In this document: positions 1-7,321 of the stretch, piece after piece | Numbering within the stretch: position 1 is the stretch's first letter | Layout: every line of letters begins with the position of its first letter | Origin: a virus | Direction: 5' to 3' (one strand) | Virus record (IMG/VR): IMGVR_UViG_3300011415_000004 | DNA length: 53,041 nt | The notes under the pieces: generated by a model | What the model was told of the DNA's origin: nothing | The model's database searches: none | What the model saw: the letters and a program-made list of their open reading frames with translations, nothing else | Made by a program: the position numbers and the translations under genes

Positions 1-123
1 CCGACCGGATCCGGTGGGAGTACGACGACCAGAAGAACTTGATCCTCCCGCTCCCCGACCAGGACGTGGTCGTCGTCGGGGTCGACCCGGCGGGCACCTC
101 GGGCCCGGACTCGGACGAGACGG
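1..123. repeat. terminal direct repeat, copy 1 (identical to 52919-53041)
   Basis: Read directly: nt 1-123 match nt 52919-53041 base for base. This is the overlap of a circular assembly. Confidence 0.95.
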
Positions 124-632
124 GGATCATCGTCGCCGGTCGTGTCGGCACCAGGGAGGACGGGCACGGCTACGTCCTCGCGGACTGGACGCTCAAGGGC
201 TCGCCGCTGGAGTGGGCGACCGCGGTGGTCGACGCCGTCGAGTACCACCAGGCCGACTACGTCGTGGCCGAGGTCAACATGGGTTGGGACCTGGTGGTCT
301 CGAACATGCACACGGTGGCCCCGAGGCTCAAGGTGAAGAAGGTCGCCGCGAAGCGGGGGAAGAAGTTGAGGGCCCAGCCGGTGGCGAACCTGTACGAGCA
401 GCACCGGATCCACCACGTAGGGCTCCTCGACTCGAACCAGGTGAAGCACGGGACGAAGGACGCGCTCCTCGACCAGGAGGGCCTCGAAACCCAGATGACC
501 GAGTGGGTCCCGGGGGACGACCAGGGGCGGGGTGCGAGCAAGGACTCGCCGGACCGGGTCGACGCGCTGGTCTACGCCCTGTCGGATCTCCTGGTGATCG
601 AGGGCCGGAAGAAGGTCCGGATCCTCGCGTGA
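1..632 (+). CDS. terL: terminase large subunit, C-terminal (nuclease) part; continues the ORF that starts at 52081
   Basis: Codons from nt 3 are in frame with 52081..53041 through the repeat. ORF track 39..632 has an RNaseH-like nuclease pattern (VVVGVDPAG..., ADYVVAEVN, DRVDALVYA). The joined length is about 489 aa. Confidence 0.9.
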   Translation, partial: DRIRWEYDDQKNLILPLPDQDVVVVGVDPAGTSGPDSDETGIIVAGRVGTREDGHGYVLADWTLKGSPLEWATAVVDAVEYHQADYVVAEVNMGWDLVVSNMHTVAPRLKVKKVAAKRGKKLRAQPVANLYEQHRIHHVGLLDSNQVKHGTKDALLDQEGLETQMTEWVPGDDQGRGASKDSPDRVDALVYALSDLLVIEGRKKVRILA

Positions 633-663
633 ACGGATTCACCCGGTGATACGAGTAATACGA

Positions 664-702
664 CCAACCGGGGTTGACAACTCCGGGGGGATCCCGCATA
701 AT
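664..702 (+). promoter_or_regulatory. promoter-operator repeat P1 (TTGACA 674-679, 17-nt spacer, CATAAT 697-702)
   Basis: CCAACCGGGGTTGACAACTCCGGGGGGATCCCGCATAAT, nearly identical to the copies at 5843 and 11349. Confidence 0.7.
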
Positions 703-708
703 CACTAC

Positions 709-873
709 GTGACCACGTACCGAGTGACCAACCGCCGGGGCCGAGTCGTCGGCTTCGTCAGGGCCCAGGCCGACGGCCGGGTCCGGGCCTTCGACCTCAA
801 GGGGAAGGCCATCGCCACCTTCAACAAGGCGGTCGACGCGATGACCGCCGTCGAGATGGCGGCCGCACGATGA
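709..873 (+). CDS. hypothetical protein, probably leaderless (GTG 709)
   Basis: In frame with ORF 646..873. The GTG lies 7 nt after the -10 of P1, and the P1 promoter sits inside the longer ORF version. Confidence 0.5.
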   Translation: MTTYRVTNRRGRVVGFVRAQADGRVRAFDLKGKAIATFNKAVDAMTAVEMAAAR

Positions 874-1061
874 CCGCCGCCGCCACCGCGGACGACCTCA
901 TCGCCCACCTGATCGAACTGATCGCCCTGTTCGAGGAGGCCAAGGGCAACCACCCCGCCTTGGCCGAAGTGCGCGCCAAGATCGCCGCCGCCATGGACGA
1001 GGCCGAGATGCGCCTCATCGGCCTCGGCTGGGACGCCGAGAAGTTCTGGGCCGAACGATGA
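870..1061 (+). CDS. hypothetical protein
   Basis: ORF track. ATGA stop/start overlap with the upstream gene. Confidence 0.6.
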   Translation: MTAAATADDLIAHLIELIALFEEAKGNHPALAEVRAKIAAAMDEAEMRLIGLGWDAEKFWAER

Positions 1062-1243
1062 TCGCCGCCGAGTCCCCGGTCAAGGAGATCGAGCGTCACA
1101 CCGTCATCGCCACGGATCTCATCCGGGCGGCCGAGGAGCACGAGGCCGCCAGCCGTCGAAGGACCGCCAAGAACCTCCGACGTCGGGCCGCCGGGCACAA
1201 GGCCGCCGCGACTCGGATCGCCCGGCTACAGGGGTGGGTATGA
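1058..1243 (+). CDS. hypothetical protein
   Basis: ORF track. ATGA overlaps at both ends. Confidence 0.6.
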   Translation: MIAAESPVKEIERHTVIATDLIRAAEEHEAASRRRTAKNLRRRAAGHKAAATRIARLQGWV

Positions 1244-1404
1244 GCGCCCAGACCTTCGTCCTCCAGTCCCTTCTCGACGGTCACTTCCTCCCCGGCCAGT
1301 TCACCTGGGACGAAGCCCAGGCCGCCGCCGAGGCCGACGGCTTCGCTCGCGTCCGCCGTCTGGACGAAGTCCTGGCCGAGACCGGGAGGGAGGTGAGACC
1401 ATGA
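1240..1404 (+). CDS. hypothetical small protein (54 aa)
   Basis: Translated by hand (MSAQTFVLQSLLDGHF...). ATGA overlaps at both ends and third codon positions are GC-rich. Confidence 0.5.
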   Translation: MSAQTFVLQSLLDGHFLPGQFTWDEAQAAAEADGFARVRRLDEVLAETGREVRP

Positions 1405-1547
1405 GCACCATGACCGAGACCGAGACCCAGGAGATGACCTGGGAGGAGTCCGCCGACCTCGTCCAGTACGACGGGGCCGAGTACGTCCACGAGGCCACGG
1501 GCCGGATCTACCGCCCCGAGCCGACCGACACCATCGTCCTCCACTAA
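1401..1547 (+). CDS. hypothetical small acidic protein (48 aa)
   Basis: Translated by hand (MSTMTETETQEMTWEE...). ATGA overlap with the upstream gene. Confidence 0.5.
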   Translation: MSTMTETETQEMTWEESADLVQYDGAEYVHEATGRIYRPEPTDTIVLH

Positions 1548-1591
1548 CGTCGGAGGCTCACACCCACCCTCTGTCCGCATCGGGGGGTGAC

Positions 1592-1632
1592 ACGAGACCT
1601 CGGGGTTCCGTCGCATGGCTCCGAGGTCTCGT
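1592..1632 (+). terminator. 12-bp stem hairpin (ACGAGACCTCGG / CCGAGGTCTCGT, 17-nt loop)
   Basis: Perfect inverted repeat in the gap after the small-gene block, followed by a CTAACATC box at 1643-1650. Confidence 0.5.
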
Positions 1633-1643
1633 CGCGTCCGGAC

Positions 1644-1649
1644 TAACAT
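1644..1649 (+). promoter_or_regulatory. TAACAT box (class-2 'hairpin + TAMCMT' element)
   Basis: Fits TANNNT. Same context as 13282, 16602, 18444 and 19142. Confidence 0.3.
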
Positions 1650-1726
1650 CACCTTCGACGTGGCCGGGACCGCCGTGAGCGGGTGGCCGGGAGTCGGACC
1701 CACCCCACCGACCCAGGAGCACGACC

Positions 1727-1933
1727 ATGCAAGTCTCAACCGGCAACCTGTACCCCTCGACGCTGGAGGCCTTCAAGGCCGGAGTGAAGGCCGACGACCT
1801 CGTCCTTCTGAGCGGCCCGCCCGAGGCGATCGAGGCGGTCTCCGAGAGGGTCCGCCTCGGGGCCCGCGAGCAGGCGAACCGCAAGGCACGCCGAGCCGCA
1901 CAGAAGAAGGCGCGCCGCCGCAACCGGGGATGA
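1727..1933 (+). CDS. hypothetical protein, basic C-terminus
   Basis: ORF track. AGGAG lies 8 nt upstream of the ATG. Confidence 0.6.
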   Translation: MQVSTGNLYPSTLEAFKAGVKADDLVLLSGPPEAIEAVSERVRLGAREQANRKARRAAQKKARRRNRG

Positions 1934-2150
1934 TAGGGTGACGTCCAACGCACCGACGCGAAGCCACGGTCAGAGGCGATAGTCGGCATTGTGCGGATCA
2001 GGACGCCGGGAACATGGAGTTCCGTGGCCCTCGTGAGGGTGCCCCTCCTGGGAGACCAGGAGGCGGTCCCACCGAGGCGGCGACCCCGGCGGGGCTGAGC
2101 AGTAGCCTCACTGGGTGCCGCACGAAGCCCCCGCCCGACGCGTCCAGTCG

Positions 2151-2453
2151 ATGGACGAGATGGAGCAGGCGGGCGACTACTTCGGTCCGACCGATGAGGT
2201 CGACGCCGAGGGCAACGTCACCCGCCTCGGCGTCTGGTTCCTCCTGCCGATCCATGAGGGGGGTTCCATCTTCGAGCGGGTCACGGAGGGCTCCGGGCTT
2301 CACCGCGTGAGCGAACCGCCCTGGACGTTCCGGGAGTGCCCGGACGGCTCACTTGAGATCCGCGCCTCGATCCTCTGCGGCAAGACCGCCGACAACCCGG
2401 CGGGCTACTTCCACGGGTTCCTCAACGAGGGCAACCGCTGGACCTGGGACTAG
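2151..2453 (+). CDS. hypothetical protein
   Basis: In frame with ORF 2115..2453. I prefer the ATG at 2151 (MDEMEQ...). Confidence 0.55.
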   Translation: MDEMEQAGDYFGPTDEVDAEGNVTRLGVWFLLPIHEGGSIFERVTEGSGLHRVSEPPWTFRECPDGSLEIRASILCGKTADNPAGYFHGFLNEGNRWTWD

Positions 2454-2494
2454 GAGCCCAAAGACGAAGCGCGCGCCGAGATAGGATCCCCGCC

Positions 2495-2764
2495 ATGCCG
2501 GAGCGTCCTCGCGTCCATCCCAGGATGCCCATGGAGCAACTGGTGGACGTTGAGCGTCACCCTGTCCGGGGGGTCCTCCGCACCGTCCACGCCGAGGAGG
2601 GCGACACCCTCCCGATCCCGTGGGAGGTGAAGGCCGCCCTGGTGCTCCTCGCCGTCTTCGTCGTCGCGCTCACCGCGGCGGGCTTCTACTGGTCGATCGG
2701 GTTCGGTCTCCTCGGGCTCGCCGTCTCGACCCTCGTCGCGTCGATCCTCCTGGGCATGGACTAG
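2495..2764 (+). CDS. membrane protein (two hydrophobic helices)
   Basis: ORF track. The C-terminal half reads ALVLLAVFVVALTAAGFYWSIGFGLLGLAVSTLVASILLG. Confidence 0.6.
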   Translation: MPERPRVHPRMPMEQLVDVERHPVRGVLRTVHAEEGDTLPIPWEVKAALVLLAVFVVALTAAGFYWSIGFGLLGLAVSTLVASILLGMD

Positions 2765-4152
2765 TGGGCTTCGCCCGCGCCGCCAAGGGTGGCCGACGCC
2801 TCGACAGGAAGGACGCGCGGAGCGCCCACGCGCTCCCGGCCCAGACCGTCGGCAAGCCATACAAGGATGACTGGAGCATCGACCGGGCCATGAGCCAGGC
2901 GATGCTCAAGGTCATCCCCATCTTCCGGGCCGTCCACGTCATCGCGGACAACCAGGCTCGCCTCCCGTTCGCCGTCAACGAGGGTTCAGAGACGGGGCCC
3001 GAGATCCCCGGCCACGAACTCGTGCGGATCCTCAACCAGCGGGCCAACCCCGATGAGTCCGCCTACGCCTTCCGCTACCGCCTGTCCGCCCAGGTGCTCC
3101 TCTCACGGAAGGGCGCGTTCGTGGAGATCGTGAGGGACCGGGTCGGACGGATCCGCCACCTGTACCTCATGGACCCGCGCAAAACCGACCCGGTCGTCTC
3201 GAAGGCCGCGACCACCGCGACCCCGAAGGGCGGGGAACCGAAGGGCGTGGTCGACTACTTCGAGGTCAACCTCGGCCAGGGGGCGAAGGAGAAGCGCGAG
3301 CCCGACGAGGTCGCGTGGATCCGGCTCCCGCACCCGTTCGACATCTTGAAGGGCATGACGCCCCTTGAAGCCGCGGGCCTGACGATCGACATCGAGGTCC
3401 TTGCCCGGCTCTACAACCGGACCTTTCTCCAGAACGACGGTCGACCTGGCGGCATCGTCGGGGTGAAGGGTGACGTGGACGAGGACGTCGCGGACGAACT
3501 GGAGAGCCGGTTCAACGTCGGCACCCACGGGGCCGGTCGGATCACGGTCCTCGAAGCCGACGAACTCTCCTGGGTCGACACCGCCGTCTCCCCCCGTGAC
3601 GCCCAATACATCCAGGCACTCGCCGGGACGAAGGTCGACCTCCTCGGCGCGTTCGGTGTGCCCGAGTCGCTCGCCTACGGGAACGCCTCCCAGCGGACCT
3701 ATGACAACGTCGACGCGGAGCGGTACATCTTCTGGGAGTCCGCGATGCTCGGGCACCTCGCTCTCCTGGGTGACGGGCTCAACCACGCCGACGGTGAGGA
3801 GACGACGTTCTCCCACTTCGACACGAGCGGGGTTGACGTCCTCCAGCGCGTGGAGATTGCCCGCCGCGAGGAGATGCGAGCGGAGGTCGCCGCCGGGACC
3901 CGCACCCTCGACTCGTACCTGGAGGCGATCGGCGAGGACCCGGTCGGCACCGCCGAGGCCCGCTCCTACTTCCGGCCGATGGGCGAGGTCCCCTACGCCA
4001 CCGAAGGGGGTGGCACCCCGCCGACGTCCCTCGTCGCCACGACCGCGGCAGAGGCGGCCAAGGCGGCCGTGGAGGCCCTCGAAGGGAAAGACCGGGGGGT
4101 GGTGACCCCCTTTCGGTACAGCCCCCGTCGGGGGGCGACGGGGTCGACCTAG
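2764..4152 (+). CDS. portal protein (HK97-family type)
   Basis: In frame with ORF 2620..4152, with a GTG overlapping the upstream TAG. About 460 aa, downstream of TerL, and the sequence pattern is typical of Phage_portal proteins. Confidence 0.88.
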   Translation: MGFARAAKGGRRLDRKDARSAHALPAQTVGKPYKDDWSIDRAMSQAMLKVIPIFRAVHVIADNQARLPFAVNEGSETGPEIPGHELVRILNQRANPDESAYAFRYRLSAQVLLSRKGAFVEIVRDRVGRIRHLYLMDPRKTDPVVSKAATTATPKGGEPKGVVDYFEVNLGQGAKEKREPDEVAWIRLPHPFDILKGMTPLEAAGLTIDIEVLARLYNRTFLQNDGRPGGIVGVKGDVDEDVADELESRFNVGTHGAGRITVLEADELSWVDTAVSPRDAQYIQALAGTKVDLLGAFGVPESLAYGNASQRTYDNVDAERYIFWESAMLGHLALLGDGLNHADGEETTFSHFDTSGVDVLQRVEIARREEMRAEVAAGTRTLDSYLEAIGEDPVGTAEARSYFRPMGEVPYATEGGGTPPTSLVATTAAEAAKAAVEALEGKDRGVVTPFRYSPRRGATGST

Positions 4153-4276
4153 CCCCGGCTCGCCTGGGGACCCGTTCCGCTTCGTCCGCAAGGCGATAAG
4201 CCAGGCCCTCGACGCCGCGGAGCGCGACGTCTACCAGTCGGTAAAGAGGGCGACCGAGGCGAGCGAGGCCCGCACG

Positions 4277-5080
4277 ATGGCGCGCCTCCGGTCGGTGAAG
4301 GCCAGGAGGGGGACCCGCCACTGGGACTACGGCGAGTCCTTCGACCCGGCCCTGGAGAAGAAGGCCCTGGACCCGACGAAGGTCTTCGACCTCGACGCCG
4401 AACAGGACGCCTTCTCGCGCACCGTCACCCCGACGGTCGCCAACGTCTACGAGTCCTTCGGGGAGGGCACCGCCGAGGCCCTCGGGGTGGCCTTCAACCT
4501 CCGGGTGGCCTTCAACCTCCGGGACCCGAACGTCGCGGCGGACATCCTGGAGCGGGACAACCGGATCCGAGGCACCGTCGAGACCACCTGGGAGAAGATC
4601 CAGGAGGCGATCATCGACGGTGAGGCGGAGGGCGAGGGGATCGACGGGATCGCCCGCCGCATCGAGGGGGTGTTCACCCAGGCGAAGGGCTACCGGGCCC
4701 GGATGATCGCGCGCACCGAGACGATCGGGGCCTCGAACGCGGCGAGCCTCCAGGCCGCCGATGACTCGGGGGTGGTCGGGAAGAAGACGTGGCTGGCCGC
4801 CTCGGACCCACGGACCCGCGCATCGCATGTCTCCGCCGACGGCCAGAGCGTGGACGTGAAGAAGAACTTCCAGGTCGGCGCGTCCTCCATGAAGCACCCG
4901 GGCGACCCCAACGGCGGGGCCCGTGAGACCGTCAACTGCCGTTGCTCCATGATCTTCGAGCGCCTCCCCGAGGGTGAGACCCCGGTCGAGGACCTGGAGC
5001 CCGGCGAACTGGACCTCGACGCCCGCGCCGAACTGGTCGAGGGTGGGGTCAGGGCCGGGCGCGAGCAAGGCCTGGGTTGA
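4277..5080 (+). CDS. MuF-like (SPP1 gp7 / Mu F) head morphogenesis protein; the true 5' end is probably upstream
   Basis: Conserved MuF core: ARTETIGASNAASL..., DPRTRASH..., VNCRCS. The same frame is open and GC3-rich from 4106, but has no ATG/GTG/TTG before 4277. Confidence 0.85.
   Translation: MARLRSVKARRGTRHWDYGESFDPALEKKALDPTKVFDLDAEQDAFSRTVTPTVANVYESFGEGTAEALGVAFNLRVAFNLRDPNVAADILERDNRIRGTVETTWEKIQEAIIDGEAEGEGIDGIARRIEGVFTQAKGYRARMIARTETIGASNAASLQAADDSGVVGKKTWLAASDPRTRASHVSADGQSVDVKKNFQVGASSMKHPGDPNGGARETVNCRCSMIFERLPEGETPVEDLEPGELDLDARAELVEGGVRAGREQGLG
4487..4522 (+). repeat. perfect 18-bp tandem duplication (GTGGCCTTCAACCTCCGG x2)
   Basis: Read directly. It is in frame and duplicates VAFNLR inside the MuF-like gene. 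Confidence 0.95.
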
Positions 5081-5093
5081 CATCCTGGAGAGG

Positions 5094-5579
5094 ATGCCCG
5101 AGGGCCTCACGCGCTCCGAACAGGTCGACTGGTTCGTCAACAAGTGGGGGAAGGTCGAGAAGCGGGTGCCCGCACCGCTGGAGTACGACGCGGCAGGGAA
5201 ACTGCTCCCGGCGCGCTACATCTCGACCGAGATCGACCGGGTCTTCACCATGGAAGGGATCGACGGGCTCACCGCGCATGACACGATCATCCGGAAACTC
5301 GACGCCCTGTTCTCATCGCGCCCCGACGTGGCCGACAAGATCCGTCGAGTCGGCACGATGGAGGGACTCAGGATCTACTCGGCTCCGAGCGTCAAGGGCC
5401 AGGCCTCTTATCTCGACTACCTCTCGTTCCGTGCGTCCGTCCACTCGACGGTCGAGGCCGCGGGGAACCTCGTGGGCCCGCTCAAGGAGAAGGGGTGGCT
5501 TATGGGGAGTACGCCCGCCCGTTCGCCCGCCTTCTCGGCCACGCCGTCAACGAGGCCCTCGATGAGGCGGCCCGGGTAG
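5094..5579 (+). CDS. hypothetical protein; the last ~28 codons look off-frame
   Basis: In frame with ORF 4974..5579, using the ATG after the MuF stop. The tail WLMGSTPARSPAFSATPSTRPSMRRPG is S/T/P/R-rich. Confidence 0.5.
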   Translation: MPEGLTRSEQVDWFVNKWGKVEKRVPAPLEYDAAGKLLPARYISTEIDRVFTMEGIDGLTAHDTIIRKLDALFSSRPDVADKIRRVGTMEGLRIYSAPSVKGQASYLDYLSFRASVHSTVEAAGNLVGPLKEKGWLMGSTPARSPAFSATPSTRPSMRRPG

Positions 5580-5593
5580 CCTCGGTCGGATGA
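5495..5593 (+). CDS. small ORF, or the -1 frame continuation of the previous gene
   Basis: AAGGAGAA lies 4 nt upstream of GTG 5495. It reads VAYGEYARPFARLLGHAVNEALDEAARVASVG and its stop forms an ATGA overlap with the next gene. Confidence 0.4.
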   Translation: MAYGEYARPFARLLGHAVNEALDEAARVASVG

Positions 5594-5856
5594 TCGGAGC
5601 CAACGCGTGCACGTCGTGCAAGCACCTCGACCGGGAGAAGGCGACCGACACCGAAGACGAGGCCTTCTGCTCATCGTTCCCTGAGGGGATCCCCGAGAAC
5701 ATCTGGGCGGGAGATCACGCGCACCGCGTGCCGATCGGTGACGAGGAGACGTGGGAGGCGATCCCCGGCTGGGAGGACGACTTCGAGGACTACGTGGAGG
5801 TCTACGTCGCGCTCAACAGTAAGGAGCCCGAGGGCCTGCCCACCAACCGGGGTTGA
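5590..5856 (+). CDS. hypothetical protein (CxxC, acidic)
   Basis: ORF track. Its TGA stop is part of the TTGACA -35 box of P2. Confidence 0.65.
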   Translation: MIGANACTSCKHLDREKATDTEDEAFCSSFPEGIPENIWAGDHAHRVPIGDEETWEAIPGWEDDFEDYVEVYVALNSKEPEGLPTNRG

Positions 5857-5881
5857 CAACTCCAGGGGGATCCGGCATACT
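5843..5881 (+). promoter_or_regulatory. promoter-operator repeat P2 (TTGACA 5853-5858, 17-nt spacer, CATACT 5876-5881)
   Basis: CCAACCGGGGTTGACAACTCCAGGGGGATCCGGCATACT. ATG 5888 lies 7 nt after the -10. Confidence 0.7.
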
Positions 5882-5887
5882 TGAGGC

Positions 5888-6244
5888 ATGACAGAGCCCC
5901 GATTGCCCAACCACGTCGCCCACTCGCTCACCGGCCAAGCCCTCGTGGTCCACGCCGCGCACGATCTCACCGGCCGCGGCCGCCCCCTCCACGTCCTCGC
6001 CTGCAACGGTCGGGCCATGGAGGCCATGGCCTGGAACGGGACGGTCGAGGAGGTCACCTGCAAGGGATGCCTCAAGGCCCTCGCCGACGGCAAGGCCATC
6101 TGGATCGGCGGTATCGACTTCACCGACGAGGCCGTGACCGTCCTCGATGAGATGGCCGACCGGATCACCGAAGCCCTCCCCCGCCTCGACCAGGAGACCG
6201 TCCTGGAGATGGCGGACGCGATCGTCATGGAGCGCCTCCAGTGA
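5888..6244 (+). CDS. hypothetical protein, leaderless
   Basis: ORF track. The ATG sits at the predicted transcription start of P2. Confidence 0.6.
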   Translation: MTEPRLPNHVAHSLTGQALVVHAAHDLTGRGRPLHVLACNGRAMEAMAWNGTVEEVTCKGCLKALADGKAIWIGGIDFTDEAVTVLDEMADRITEALPRLDQETVLEMADAIVMERLQ

Positions 6245-6537
6245 ACCGCACCGAGGAGATCGAGGCCCAGGCCATCGAGGCCGCACGCCACAACCTGGCC
6301 CACGCTAAGCGCCTCGGTGCGGACTGGAGCCAGATCCGCCACCTCCGCGCCAACCTGGCCCGAGCCGAAGGCACCCGGTACTACCCGGACAAGGTGAGCG
6401 AGGGCGATCGCCACTGGTACGTCTTCGACCTGCTCGCCACGGGCGCGCCGGGCCCGAGGTCGTGGGTCTCGTTCCGGACGAAGAAGTTCGTCCAGGCGCT
6501 CTGTGATGAGCGAAACGCCGAGGAGAGCCATGGCTAG
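6241..6537 (+). CDS. hypothetical protein
   Basis: ORF track. GTGA overlap with the upstream gene. Confidence 0.6.
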   Translation: MNRTEEIEAQAIEAARHNLAHAKRLGADWSQIRHLRANLARAEGTRYYPDKVSEGDRHWYVFDLLATGAPGPRSWVSFRTKKFVQALCDERNAEESHG

Positions 6538-6637
6538 ACGCCACCGCCACGTCCCCTACTGGATCATGGTCGGCGCGTGCATCGTGACGACCGCCGTCTT
6601 ACTCGTACCCCGGGCCCTCGAAGTGCTCGGGGTGTAA
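6530..6637 (+). CDS. small membrane protein (35 aa)
   Basis: Translated by hand: MARRHRHVPYWIMVGACIVTTAVLLVPRALEVLGV. It overlaps the upstream gene by 8 nt. Confidence 0.4.
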   Translation: MARRHRHVPYWIMVGACIVTTAVLLVPRALEVLGV

Positions 6638-6662
6638 ACTGGGGTGGAGAGGAGCATCACCC

Positions 6663-6929
6663 ATGGGTCAGATCACCATCTGGATCGAACAGTTCCACCA
6701 GGGGCTCATCACGCGTGACGCGCTGATCGAGCACCTGGAGGACTTCGACCTCAAGACCCCCGAGCGGTTCGCCGGGATCCCCGCCGACGTCTTCGAGGCG
6801 GAGGCCCAGGCGGAGGATCGCACCTACGAGGACGAGGACACGATGGACGAGGTCCTCGTCGCCCGGGACCGCGGCCTCCTGACCGCCGAGGACCTGGCCG
6901 CCATCTACGCCGCGATGGTGACCGCGTGA
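6663..6929 (+). CDS. hypothetical acidic protein
   Basis: ORF track. A GGAGAGGAG element lies upstream. Confidence 0.6.
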   Translation: MGQITIWIEQFHQGLITRDALIEHLEDFDLKTPERFAGIPADVFEAEAQAEDRTYEDEDTMDEVLVARDRGLLTAEDLAAIYAAMVTA

Positions 6930-7312
6930 CCGACGACGTCTCTGACGCGTTCAAGGACTGGCTCCGCGCCCAGATCAAGGAGGCGTTCGAGGAGCACCTC
7001 GCGGCGCAACCGTGGTGGTGCCTCATCTGTGGCGAAGGCGGGAACTACGAGGGGCTCCGGCCCGATCGGTACTGGTTCCCGCCGAAGTCGCACCGCTGCC
7101 CGCCCATGCCGCCGCCTGACCTCAAGGGGATCGAGGAGGTCGTCGCCGCCCACGAGGTGGAGGTCATCCTCCACGACCCGCTCTGGTCCCTCGACCGGGG
7201 GGTCGTCCTCGACCACGGGGTGAAGATCACGGCCCCGGTGGCCCAGGTCTCCGGGGAGTGGCTTCGTGAAGCCACGGGTCCATTCCTCTACGGCGTGGAC
7301 GTGGACCTGTAA
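6926..7312 (+). CDS. hypothetical protein
   Basis: ORF track. GTGA overlap with the upstream gene. Confidence 0.6.
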   Translation: MTDDVSDAFKDWLRAQIKEAFEEHLAAQPWWCLICGEGGNYEGLRPDRYWFPPKSHRCPPMPPPDLKGIEEVVAAHEVEVILHDPLWSLDRGVVLDHGVKITAPVAQVSGEWLREATGPFLYGVDVDL

Positions 7313-7321
7313 CCTCCGGCC

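Noticed and set aside
1-123. The 123-bp terminal repeat interpreted as a physical direct terminal repeat of the virion DNA.
   Set aside because: It sits in the middle of the terL reading frame, which continues seamlessly across it. This is the signature of a circular-assembly overlap.
14-649. Alternative-frame + strand ORFs overlapping real genes, for example 14..649, 3470..4105, 10760..11173, 22797..23429, 26286..26828, 31890..32708 and 47571..48068.
   Set aside because: Their composition is Arg/Pro/Gly-rich and they have no independent starts or RBS. Each overlaps a gene with clear family motifs in another frame.
1548-2150. tRNA or tmRNA genes in the larger intergenic regions (1548-1726, 1934-2150, 11667-11874, 16361-16613, 44978-45210).
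   Set aside because: I could find no cloverleaf-compatible arms or a GTTCGAATC-like T-loop by eye. A tRNAscan-SE or ARAGORN run would be needed to be certain.
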